NCBI GenBank assembly: GCA_964391465.1
Contig: CAYMME010000002.1
Location: forward strand, 1-58,166
Source of the DNA: an uncultured Planctomycetales bacterium
GTDB taxonomy: Bacteria; Planctomycetota; Phycisphaerae; UBA1845; CAYMME01
DNA: 58,166 nt
Reading direction: 5' to 3'
Part shown: piece by piece, positions 48,116 to 56,652 of the stretch
How positions within the stretch are numbered: the stretch's first letter is position 1
Layout: every line of letters begins with the position of its first letter
Position numbers and translations under genes: made by a program
Notes under the pieces: generated by a model
The model's database searches: none
Told to the model about the DNA's origin: nothing
The model's input: only the letters and a program-made list of their open reading frames with translations

Positions 48116-50008
48116 TCACGTTCGCCGCTTCAGGATCGACTCGATCTCATCCATGATGCGGTTCATCCGCTCCATCAGAGCGCGATACGGTCTCGGGGTC
48201 GAAAGATCCACGCCGGCATCTTGAAGTAGCTCGTGCGGGTACTTGGAGGCGCCGGCCTCGAGGAGCGTCAGGTACCGTTCCCGAGCGCCCGGCTTGCCCG
48301 CGAGGATGTCCGCCGACAGCAGCGAGCCGCCCGCAATGGATGTCGCATACTGGTACACATAGAAGTTGTAGTAGAAGTGCGGAATGTAGGCCCACTCGAC
48401 CGTGTAGGCGTCGTCGATCCTCATCACGCCCGCGTCGTGGCCGTGATAGCGCCGCAGGATGTCCGCATAGATCTTGGTGAAGCCGGCGCCGGTCAACGCT
48501 TCGCCCTTGTCCACCAGCTCGTGCACCTTCAGCTCGAACTCGGCAAACATGGTCTGACGGAAATACGTGCCCCAGATCCCCTCCAGCGTGGAACCAAGGT
48601 AGTAGAGCTTCTCGTCGTCGTTCTTTGCGTTCTTGACCATGTAGTCCACCAGGAGCGCTTCGTTGGACGTCGACGCGACCTCGGCGACGAACGTGGCATA
48701 GTCGGACGTCGGGTACGGCTGATGGGAGTTCGTCAAATGCGAGTGCAACGCGTGGCCGAACTCGTGCACGAGCGTCGAGACCGACTCGAAGTCGTGGTTG
48801 TAGTTCATCAGCATGTAGGGATGCACGTCGTAGACGCTGCCGTTCATGTAGGCGCCGGAACGCTTGCCGGGCCGGGGATGGAAGTCGACCCAACGCGCCG
48901 CGAACCCCTTGCGCATGACCGACACGTACTCCTCACCCAGTGATCGTGAGCAGGCGATCGACAGCTCCTTGGCCTGCGGCAGAGTAAAGGTCAGATCCGT
49001 CTCGACCAGCGGCGGGTAGATGTCGTAGTAGGCGAGGTCGTCCACCTTGAGCATGCGAGCCCGGAGCTTCAGGTATCGGTGAAGCGTAGCCAGGTTGGCG
49101 TTGGTCTCGCGGATCAGGGTGTGATAGATCGACTCGGGGATGTTGTCGGAACCGAGGGCCGACGCGAGCGAGCCCGGGTAGTTCCGTACCTTGGTGTAGA
49201 AGTTGTCCCGGGCGAGCTGCGAATACAGGGACACGCCGAGCGTTCGCTCGTAGACCTTCCACGCTTTCCAGAATGTGTCGAAGACGAGCTTGCGGTCATC
49301 GCGGTTCAGGGCCGCGCGGTACTTCGTGTAGCCGGCCGGATCCAGCCGCGCGTCGGTGCCGTCGGACAGCTTCACGGTGGGCCAGGGAACATCGGCATTG
49401 ATCAACGTGCGCCGAACGTTCGACGGCGCGACGGCGACCCGGCTGACCTCCGCGACGACCTGCTCGACTTCCGACGAACGCGTGTGCGGCGCCTTCCGCA
49501 GTACATCACGCAGGTACTGCCGGTAGATGCCCAGCCCCGGCTCCTTCTCCAGGAACGCATTGATCTTGTCGGCACCGATCGTCAGTAGTTCGGGTTTGAG
49601 GAAGCTGACTCGCTCGACGAAGGCAGATCGGAGCAGGTCGGCCTCTTCGCGCATCTGGGCGTGCCGGTCGACCCGCGTGTCCTCGTCCGAGAGCATGGAG
49701 GCATAGCAGATGACCCGCACCGCCTCTTTCTGAATGCCGAACACCGTGTCGAGGCATTCCTTCAGTGCTGCGCTCTCCCCGAGCCGACCCTTGCACGCCG
49801 TGATCTGCGGGAGCCTCGCCGTCACCGCGTCCTTGACCTCGCCCCATGCCTCCTGGGTCGGATAGATGTCGGCAAGGTTCCAGCGGTCCTGCTCGGCTTC
49901 CGCCGCATGCACGAACGAGACCCGACTCAACAGGACGACTGCGAATAGCAGGACCCCAGCAATTGACCTACGCATAGCTCGTTGCACTCCCATCCGGGAC
50001 TTCGTCAT
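48116..50008 (-). CDS. M3 family oligoendopeptidase (PepF-like), secreted
   Basis: The zinc site is LVHEFGHALHSHL. The N-terminal RWNLADIYPTQEAWGEVKD is typical of M3B enzymes. A signal peptide MRRSIAGVLLFAVVLLSRVSFVHA is present. Candidate starts are at 50008, 49993 and 49975. The ORF-track start at 50362 is an unlikely extension. Confidence 0.88.
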   Translation of the reverse strand: MTKSRMGVQRAMRRSIAGVLLFAVVLLSRVSFVHAAEAEQDRWNLADIYPTQEAWGEVKDAVTARLPQITACKGRLGESAALKECLDTVFGIQKEAVRVICYASMLSDEDTRVDRHAQMREEADLLRSAFVERVSFLKPELLTIGADKINAFLEKEPGLGIYRQYLRDVLRKAPHTRSSEVEQVVAEVSRVAVAPSNVRRTLINADVPWPTVKLSDGTDARLDPAGYTKYRAALNRDDRKLVFDTFWKAWKVYERTLGVSLYSQLARDNFYTKVRNYPGSLASALGSDNIPESIYHTLIRETNANLATLHRYLKLRARMLKVDDLAYYDIYPPLVETDLTFTLPQAKELSIACSRSLGEEYVSVMRKGFAARWVDFHPRPGKRSGAYMNGSVYDVHPYMLMNYNHDFESVSTLVHEFGHALHSHLTNSHQPYPTSDYATFVAEVASTSNEALLVDYMVKNAKNDDEKLYYLGSTLEGIWGTYFRQTMFAEFELKVHELVDKGEALTGAGFTKIYADILRRYHGHDAGVMRIDDAYTVEWAYIPHFYYNFYVYQYATSIAGGSLLSADILAGKPGARERYLTLLEAGASKYPHELLQDAGVDLSTPRPYRALMERMNRIMDEIESILKRRT

Positions 50009-50237
50009 CAGCCCCGGGATAATCCGAGACCGTTTCGCGTTCCGCGGACGCCATGTCCGAGTCGACCGCGACCGGGGTAGCGTTACGCGGTCGTGCGGGC
50101 CTGTCAAGGCGGGCCTCGCTTTTGCTGCCTTCCGGACGACTCCTCGCGAGGCGGCGGGTGTCAATCCACTGAACCAGGCGACCCGCACGTGCGAAGCTGA
50201 TGTGCGCGTTGGAGGGACGATCTGCCGAGAAGGTCGG

Positions 50238-51467
50238 ATGCGGGAGTTGCTGCCGATGCGATGGCCGACCCGGAGACGCGCGCGACGATGTGACCCAAGT
50301 GATGAGAGCGCGACCGGTCCGCCCGGTTTGCTACTCCAGTGGCACGTGACCGAGCGATGCAATCTGCGTTGCCTACACTGCTATCAGGATGCCGATTCCG
50401 GCAACGAGCTTCCGTTCGACAGCCTGCTTGACGTGCTGGGGCAGTTCGAGGCGTTGCTGGACCGACGCAGTCGCGATGCCGGTGGCCGCCCGGTCCGCGG
50501 CCACATCACCTTGACCGGCGGCGAGCCGTTCATCCGGTCCGACTTCATCGACCTCCTCGAGGTGATCGCCGCCCGCCGGGCGCGGTTCAGCTTTGCCGTC
50601 CTCACCAATGGCAGTTTCATCGACGCGGCCACGGCGCGTCGCCTCCGCGCGCTGGGCGCGGCGTTCGTGCAGGTCAGTATCGAAGGGACACCAACCACGC
50701 ACGATGCAATCCGAGGTCCGGGGGACTTCGAACGCACGGTGTCGGCGGTGAAGCACCTGGTGCGGGCGCACGTGCGAACGCTCATCGCATGCACCGTCGG
50801 CCGGCACAACTTCCGGGAGTTCCCGGCCGTGGCACGCCTGGGTCGTCGGCTCGGGGTCTCTCGGGTGTGGGCGGATCGCCTCATTCCGCAAGGCCGTGGG
50901 GCTGACCTGCGCGAGCAGATGCTCACGCCCGACGAGACGCGCACGTTCCTCGAGTTGATGGAGCAGGCTCGCGCGGAAGCGGCGCGGCGCTGGTTCGGTC
51001 GGACCGAGATCGCCATGCACCGGGCCCTCCAGTTCCAGGTGGCGGGCGGGCGACCGTACCGCTGCACGGCCGGCGACACGTTGATCACCGTACTGCCCAA
51101 CGGCGACCTCTACCCGTGCCGCCGAATGCCCATCCGGGTCGGGAACCTGATGCAAACCCCGCTCGTCGAGCTGTACGAGACCAGCGACGTGTTCCGGGCT
51201 CTCCGCGATCGCCACCGCATCAGTGACGGTTGTGAAGCGTGCTCCTATGCCGCGTTGTGCCGCGGCGGGTCGAGGCGCCTCTCGTACGCGGTTCACGGAG
51301 ACCCGTTCCGGGCCGATCCGGGCTGTCTGTGGGCTCGCCCCAGCCCGAAGGATGCAGTGCCCGAGGACGTGGGCGAAGCGGCTTCCCCGACTCCGTCGCG
51401 CGTGCCGTTACACATTTTGTCGCATTCTGTAATTGCCGACCGGGACGTTTCGAGGAATACTGGCTGA
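50238..51467 (+). CDS. radical SAM enzyme with C-terminal SPASM/twitch-like Cys-rich domain
   Basis: The CNLRCLHC (CX3CX2C) motif lies in LLLQWHVTERCNLRCLHCY, and a GGEPF motif is present. C-terminal cysteines are YRCTAG...LYPCRRMP...CEACSYAALCRGGS...DPGC. Candidate ATG starts are at 50238 and 50256. Confidence 0.85.
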   Translation: MRELLPMRWPTRRRARRCDPSDESATGPPGLLLQWHVTERCNLRCLHCYQDADSGNELPFDSLLDVLGQFEALLDRRSRDAGGRPVRGHITLTGGEPFIRSDFIDLLEVIAARRARFSFAVLTNGSFIDAATARRLRALGAAFVQVSIEGTPTTHDAIRGPGDFERTVSAVKHLVRAHVRTLIACTVGRHNFREFPAVARLGRRLGVSRVWADRLIPQGRGADLREQMLTPDETRTFLELMEQARAEAARRWFGRTEIAMHRALQFQVAGGRPYRCTAGDTLITVLPNGDLYPCRRMPIRVGNLMQTPLVELYETSDVFRALRDRHRISDGCEACSYAALCRGGSRRLSYAVHGDPFRADPGCLWARPSPKDAVPEDVGEAASPTPSRVPLHILSHSVIADRDVSRNTG

Positions 51468-51531
51468 AGGAGTGCGAACTCCGTAGTGGCCACACCAACG
51501 TGGTCGCCGTCTATCGAGAGGAAGGCAACCT

Positions 51532-53430
51532 ATGTATCGACACACACTGATCGCAGTCGTGATCGCCGCGGTGGCGTTCGCGGGGCCGGCTCGGCCCACC
51601 GTCGCGGCGGACCCGTTCACACTGGCCAAGGCGGTCCCCGAAGACGTATTCATCTACACACACGTCGCACACAACCCCGAGCATGACCCCATCAGCGAAC
51701 GGTGGGACGGAGTCTGGCAGGCCCTGGCCGACGCCCGTCTTCAGGATGTGGTGCACGACGTGATCGTCGAACTGATCCAGTTGGACGTGACCGCGGGCAA
51801 CAAGACCGAAGACGACGTGGCGGCGTTCGAGGCCGTCTGGAAGAGGATCTCCGAGCTGATCGACGCGGTCGAATGGCGCAAGCTGGCTTCGAAGGAGTTC
51901 ATCTACACCAGTCGCATACGCTTCCCGATTCCCGACTACCTGATTCTCATGCGGGGCGATTCGGACGTGGCCGCGGCCAACGGCGAGAGCCTTCGCGACA
52001 TCCTGGTCACACTGGTCACGTGGTCCGAGGGCAAGCTCTCGCTGACGGACACCGAAGTGCACGGGGCCCGCCTCACCACGCTGGCGCCGGAGGACGATTT
52101 GGAGATGCCGTTCAAGCTCGAGCTCGCCCGGCGCGGCGACCTCATCGCGCTGTGCCTGTCGAGCGGCAAGCTCAGCGAGTCCCTCGCCCTGCTGGCGGGT
52201 GAAGGCGACGGCAAGCGGCTGGTGGATACCGCTCGGTTCAAGTCCGCGTTCAAGGGCTTGCCCCCGGCCGAGAACAACATCACCTTCTTCGACATGAATC
52301 GCCTTTTCAGCGGCTTCCACGAGCTGACGAAATCCGCTCGGGCGCAAACCGGGGAGAATGCCGACGCCGAAACGGTTCTCACCATCGTCGACAAAGCCAT
52401 CGATACCTTCAGCATCTTCGACTACATGGCCAGCGCCGAATCGACCGACGGCAGCAAGGTCTTCACTCACGATACCCTGCGCCTCAAGCCGGGCGGTGCC
52501 GACACACCGTTGGGGAAGATCCTCTGCAAGCAACCGCCGATCAAGAACTTCGACCACTACGTGCCGAAGGAGGCGACGGGTTTCTCCGTCTCCAATGGGA
52601 TTGACCTCAGCGCGTGCTACGGCCTCGTGCTTGACTTCGTTCGGGAGAACATCCCGGAGAGCGAGGCGGCACTGGCTGCCTGGGAGGCGGTGCAAACGGA
52701 GATCGGCTTCAATCTCCAGGAGGACCTGCTCGGCTGGATCAGCGGCGAGATCGTCAGCGTGTCCCTGCCCGCCGCAACGCCGACCGCGTTCAGTCAGGAG
52801 GACTGGGTCCTGTTCGTCAAGGTGCGGGACGCTGAGAAGGCCCGCACGCAAGTCAACGCGTGGGTCGACAAGTTGCAGGGCTTCCTCGCGGAGGCCAATC
52901 AGCAGCTTCTCGTGACCGATGTCGACGTGAAGGGCGCGAAGGGTTTCCGAAGCGTGACCCACCCACTTGTCGCAATGCTCTTCAAACCCATCTACGGCGT
53001 GCAGGATGATCAGTTGATCATCGCAAGCTCGGCCGAGGCCATCGCAACGTGTCTGACCACGGCCAAGGGCAAGCATCCATCCGTAGCGGCCAATGAGCGC
53101 GTGCAGCGTGAGGGGCTCCTGCCCAAGGGTGCCGCGTCCTCGGTGTCCTTCACCGACCACCGCCAGCTCGGGCGCGAGATCGCCACCGTCCTCACGGCCG
53201 GTGGCGTCGCCGTCGGCCTGGTCGGTATGTTCAACGAGGAGCCGGAGGCCGGCGTTGTGTTCCGCGGGATCAGCACCGTGCTCACCAAACTCAAGCCCGT
53301 TGCCGAGGAAGTCGACTTCCTAAGCTCGAGCGCAGCGGTAACGACGTTCGACGGTCAGGCGTGGCATGGGCGCAAGGTCATCAACTACATGCTCGACAAG
53401 CCCACGACAAAACCCGCCGACACGCAGTGA
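51532..53430 (+). CDS. secreted hypothetical protein
   Basis: 632 aa with signal peptide MYRHTLIAVVIAAVAFAGPARPTVAA and GAGGAAGG upstream. Composition is balanced. I recognise no family. Confidence 0.7.
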   Translation: MYRHTLIAVVIAAVAFAGPARPTVAADPFTLAKAVPEDVFIYTHVAHNPEHDPISERWDGVWQALADARLQDVVHDVIVELIQLDVTAGNKTEDDVAAFEAVWKRISELIDAVEWRKLASKEFIYTSRIRFPIPDYLILMRGDSDVAAANGESLRDILVTLVTWSEGKLSLTDTEVHGARLTTLAPEDDLEMPFKLELARRGDLIALCLSSGKLSESLALLAGEGDGKRLVDTARFKSAFKGLPPAENNITFFDMNRLFSGFHELTKSARAQTGENADAETVLTIVDKAIDTFSIFDYMASAESTDGSKVFTHDTLRLKPGGADTPLGKILCKQPPIKNFDHYVPKEATGFSVSNGIDLSACYGLVLDFVRENIPESEAALAAWEAVQTEIGFNLQEDLLGWISGEIVSVSLPAATPTAFSQEDWVLFVKVRDAEKARTQVNAWVDKLQGFLAEANQQLLVTDVDVKGAKGFRSVTHPLVAMLFKPIYGVQDDQLIIASSAEAIATCLTTAKGKHPSVAANERVQREGLLPKGAASSVSFTDHRQLGREIATVLTAGGVAVGLVGMFNEEPEAGVVFRGISTVLTKLKPVAEEVDFLSSSAAVTTFDGQAWHGRKVINYMLDKPTTKPADTQ

Positions 53431-53446
53431 TCGTAATGTGATTGCT

Positions 53447-53550
53447 GGGTGCCCCATCCTTCGCGGCCGTATCGCGAAGGGTGGGGGACGGACCCCGAGC
53501 CGCTGGATTCATCCAGCGCGGACCGCGCGGCATGAATGCCGCGGCTCGGG
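53447..53550. repeat. repeat family 2 unit (inverted relative to 45492-45536) plus a 57-nt nested-palindrome module
   Basis: GGGTGCCCCATCCTTCGCGGCCGTATCGCGAAGGGTGGGGGACGGA spans 53447-53492. It is followed by an outer 10-bp stem, CCCGAGCCGC (53494-53503) with GCGGCTCGGG (53541-53550), which encloses three small palindromes. Confidence 0.85.
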
Positions 53551-53698
53551 TTTGCTGCGACCCGCGGTGGGCGACACTCACCCTACGTATCTGGCGGCCA
53601 ACTGCCTGCTGGCTCACACGTGCCGTCTTGTTTACCATCCTCCGTCATGATTCCCCGTCGGCTGACGGCCCGGCCGGCAACGGAGTGACGGCGAGCGG

Positions 53699-54712
53699 AT
53701 GGCCACGCACAACAACACGCTGCTCTCGGTGCTGGATCTGACAACGGAGTTCAAGACAGAGCAGGGCGTGGTCCGCGCCGTTGACGCCGTGAGCTGGTCC
53801 GTCGGCCGCGGCGAGACCGTCGCCCTCGTCGGCGAGAGTGGGTGCGGCAAGAGCGTCACCGCCCTGTCGATCATGCGGCTCGTCCCCGACCCTCCGGGCC
53901 GGATCGCCGCCGGCCGAATCCTCTTCGAGCGCACCGATCTGCTGACCCTTTCCGAGTCGCAGATGCGCAACGTGCGCGGCAACCGCATCGCCATGATCTT
54001 CCAGGAGCCGATGAGCTCGCTGAATCCGGTCTACACCGTCGGTGACCAGATCATCGAGGCCATCGAACTGCATCAGAAGATCAGGGGAACCGCCGCCCGC
54101 AAGCGGGCCATCGAGATGCTGCGGATGGTCGGCATCCCCGCCCCCGACCAGCGCGTCGACGAATACCCGCACTCGATGTCCGGCGGCATGCGCCAACGCG
54201 TGATGATCGCCATGGCGCTGTCGTGCGACCCGGCCCTGCTCATTGCCGACGAGCCGACGACCGCCCTAGACGTCACCATCCAGGCTCAGATCCTCGACTT
54301 GCTGCAGCGGCTTCAGCACGAGACGGGCATGAGCATCCTCATGATCACGCACGATCTCGGCGTGGTGGCCGAGATTGCTCACAGGGTCTGTGTGATGTAC
54401 GCCAGCAAGATCGTCGAGATGGCCGAAGTCGACGAGCTGTTCGCCCACCCCCTGCACCCCTACACGCAAGGACTGTTCAAGAGCATTCCGCGGCTGTCGC
54501 ACGCGAAGGACCGACTCGACGTGATCCCCGGAAACGTACCCAACCCGCTACGGTTTCCACCGGGCTGCAAGTTCCATCCACGGTGTGGCGAGGGTCGCGA
54601 CGACGCCCGGTGCCGGTGCGATGAACCGGGCCTTCAGGAGGTCAGGCCGGGCCACTGGGTGAGTTGCTGGAAGGCGCCGGGCTACCAGACCGGAGGAGGC
54701 ACGGAGACATGA
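53699..54712 (+). CDS. peptide ABC transporter ATP-binding protein (OppD/DppD-like)
   Basis: Walker A GESGCGKS, signature [15 protein letters not shown], Walker [13 protein letters not shown], and the C-terminal oligopeptide-type motif HPYTQGLF...GCKFHPRC. Confidence 0.93.
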   Translation: MATHNNTLLSVLDLTTEFKTEQGVVRAVDAVSWSVGRGETVALVGESGCGKSVTALSIMRLVPDPPGRIAAGRILFERTDLLTLSESQMRNVRGNRIAMIFQEPMSSLNPVYTVGDQIIEAIELHQKIRGTAARKRAIEMLRMVGIPAPDQRVDEYPHSMSGGMRQRVMIAMALSCDPALLIADEPTTALDVTIQAQILDLLQRLQHETGMSILMITHDLGVVAEIAHRVCVMYASKIVEMAEVDELFAHPLHPYTQGLFKSIPRLSHAKDRLDVIPGNVPNPLRFPPGCKFHPRCGEGRDDARCRCDEPGLQEVRPGHWVSCWKAPGYQTGGGTET

Positions 54713-55869
54713 GCGCTGACGTTGCCGCCGTCGACTCCTCCGCCGGGCGCTTCGCTGATCGGGGTGAACACATCCTCTCCGTGCACGACTTGCGGACGCA
54801 CTTTCCCGTTCACCGCGGCGTGTTCTCGCGAATCGACGGCTGGGTCAAGGCCGTCGACGGCGTGAGCTTTGCCGTGCGGCGGGGCAAGACGCTCGGACTC
54901 GTGGGTGAGAGCGGGTGCGGCAAGACCACGGTCGGCCGCACGATCCTCCGGCTCATCCCGGCCACGTCGGGCCGCGTGATGTTCGACGGTGTCGACATCT
55001 TCAGCCTCGGCCACGAGCCGTTGCGGCGCCTGCGCCGGCAGATGCAAATCATCTTTCAAGACCCCGTAGGCAGTCTCAACCCGCGCATGACCGTCGGCAA
55101 CATCGTCGGCGAAGCACTGACTGTGCACGGCATCGCGTCCGGGCCGCAGCGTCGCGAGCGCGTGGCCGGGCTGCTGCAACGCGTTGGGCTGTCGCCGTCG
55201 CACATGAGTCGCTACCCGCACGAGTTCTCCGGTGGGCAGCGGCAACGGATCGGCATCGCCCGGGCCCTGGCCCTCGAGCCGAAGTTCATCGTCTGTGACG
55301 AGCCGGTCAGCGCCCTCGACGTGTCGATCCAGTCGCAGATTCTGAACCTACTCGACGACCTTCAGGCCGAGTTCGGTTTGAGCTACCTGTTCATCGCCCA
55401 CAACCTGGCCGTCATCGAACACTTCTCCGACGACGTGGCGGTGATGTACCTGGGCAAGATCGTCGAGACCGCCTCCGCCGAGGAGATCTACCGCAACCCC
55501 ATGCACCCTTACACGCAGGCATTGCTCTCGGCCGCCCCCGAGCCCGACCCGCAACACAACCGCCGCCGAGTGGTGCTGATGGGCGAGGTCCCGAGTCCCA
55601 TGAAGCCCCCCACCGGCTGCGCGTTCCACCCCCGCTGCCCGTTCACCGCACACCTCGCCAAGGACGCCCCCGCCGAAGAAACCGTCGACACGAGCACCGT
55701 GGAGATCCCGGCCAGTGTCATGCGTCGATGCACGCAAGAGATTCCGCAGTTGACCGCTCGCCCCACCGCCGCCGCCCAACCAACCGCCCCGGACCACCAC
55801 GTCGCCTGCCACTACGCCCATCAGATCGATCCGCAGACCCTGATCCGCATCGCAGGGCGAGTTGCGTGA
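54709..55869 (+). CDS. peptide ABC transporter ATP-binding protein (OppF/DppF-like) with extended C-terminus
   Basis: ATGA overlap with oppD. Motifs present are [36 protein letters not shown] and HPYTQALL...GCAFHPRCP, followed by a tail of about 80 aa. Confidence 0.92.
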   Translation: MSADVAAVDSSAGRFADRGEHILSVHDLRTHFPVHRGVFSRIDGWVKAVDGVSFAVRRGKTLGLVGESGCGKTTVGRTILRLIPATSGRVMFDGVDIFSLGHEPLRRLRRQMQIIFQDPVGSLNPRMTVGNIVGEALTVHGIASGPQRRERVAGLLQRVGLSPSHMSRYPHEFSGGQRQRIGIARALALEPKFIVCDEPVSALDVSIQSQILNLLDDLQAEFGLSYLFIAHNLAVIEHFSDDVAVMYLGKIVETASAEEIYRNPMHPYTQALLSAAPEPDPQHNRRRVVLMGEVPSPMKPPTGCAFHPRCPFTAHLAKDAPAEETVDTSTVEIPASVMRRCTQEIPQLTARPTAAAQPTAPDHHVACHYAHQIDPQTLIRIAGRVA

Positions 55870-55941
55870 CGTACCCACATCACGTTTCGCCCGGTGCGTA
55901 CAGGCACGGTTTGAGCACAACTGACGCGGCGGGACGTGGCT

Positions 55942-56652
55942 CTACATGGCGAGGATCGTCTCTTTGATCGGGGCAAGCGACTCGTGATCGAGGTCCCACG
56001 CTTTCGCTCGGGTGGCTTCACCCAGCTTCAATCCTGCGTAGTCATTCTTGCCCGCCAAGTAGGCATGAAGGCGTGCCTTCTTCGGGTGCACGGGGGCGTT
56101 TGGCAGGCGGCTCACGCACGCCATGTAGTCTTCGAGGCAAGCTAGGGTCGGGTCCGACGGGGCAATGGTCCCGAGGCACAGATCTTCAAGGGTCCCATTA
56201 GCCAGGCGCGACTCGTCGTTGGACGCATCGTGCCCTGGGAAGATCATGATGGCCGCTCGAAGCTGCCCCGGCGCTCCCGTTGTGAATGAGAAAGGCTCGT
56301 CCGGGCTTGGCAAGCCTGCATCGGCCAAGGCACCCGCAACGCTGCGCAGGGCCGCTTCGGCGTCGGCTTCCGCATCTCGAGCCACGACCAAAGTCCGCAG
56401 GTTCTCGAAGTTCGGGTCCAACTTCAGCGCCTGAAGATACAGCCGAAGCTCTTCATTCCCCCCAAAATCACGAACCTCAATCCCCTCGGCCCCAAACGCC
56501 TGATAGGCCCAGATGAGGAAGAAGTATGCGTCTGCGCCCTCGGCGAGAATGACCCGGTTCTCTTGCAGCGGTTTCGGACGTGCGCGATCACACTGCAGGT
56601 CTGTGTGCCCTTGCGAGGTTCGTTCCGCGCCGCCGGGTCCCTCCGTGGCCAT
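55942..56652 (-). CDS. small TOPRIM-like protein (DUF3226/RloB/DUF4435-class candidate), partner of the upstream ATPase
   Basis: 236 aa. A strand-Glu element (RVILAEGADAYFF) is followed about 55 aa later by a strand plus acidic cluster (LRTLVVARDAEADAEAAL). The ATG at 56652 directly abuts the ATPase TAG (56653-56655). The family assignment is by eye only. Confidence 0.6.
   Translation of the reverse strand: MATEGPGGAERTSQGHTDLQCDRARPKPLQENRVILAEGADAYFFLIWAYQAFGAEGIEVRDFGGNEELRLYLQALKLDPNFENLRTLVVARDAEADAEAALRSVAGALADAGLPSPDEPFSFTTGAPGQLRAAIMIFPGHDASNDESRLANGTLEDLCLGTIAPSDPTLACLEDYMACVSRLPNAPVHPKKARLHAYLAGKNDYAGLKLGEATRAKAWDLDHESLAPIKETILAM

Noticed and set aside
50053-50172. 39-codon ORF (MSESTATGVALRGRAG...) in the pepF / radical SAM divergent region.
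   Set aside because: It has no ribosome-binding site and an Arg-rich, low-complexity composition typical of chance ORFs.
50200-50349. 49-codon Cys-rich ORF (MCALEGRSAEKVGCGSCCRCDG..., 6 Cys) just upstream of and overlapping the radical SAM gene. It is tempting as a SCIFF/ranthipeptide-like precursor.
   Set aside because: It overlaps the most likely rSAM start (50238 or 50256) in another frame and has no Shine-Dalgarno-like sequence. Only 34 of 49 codons end in G or C, which is no better than the overlapping frame. Off-frame TGC codons are common in GC-rich DNA. It is worth only a conservation check.
53494-53550. tRNA or tRNA-like gene suggested by the cloverleaf-like drawing.
   Set aside because: It is only 57 nt, its loops are 1-2 nt, and there is no anticodon loop or T-loop consensus. 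The arms are DNA palindromes typical of the local repeat families.
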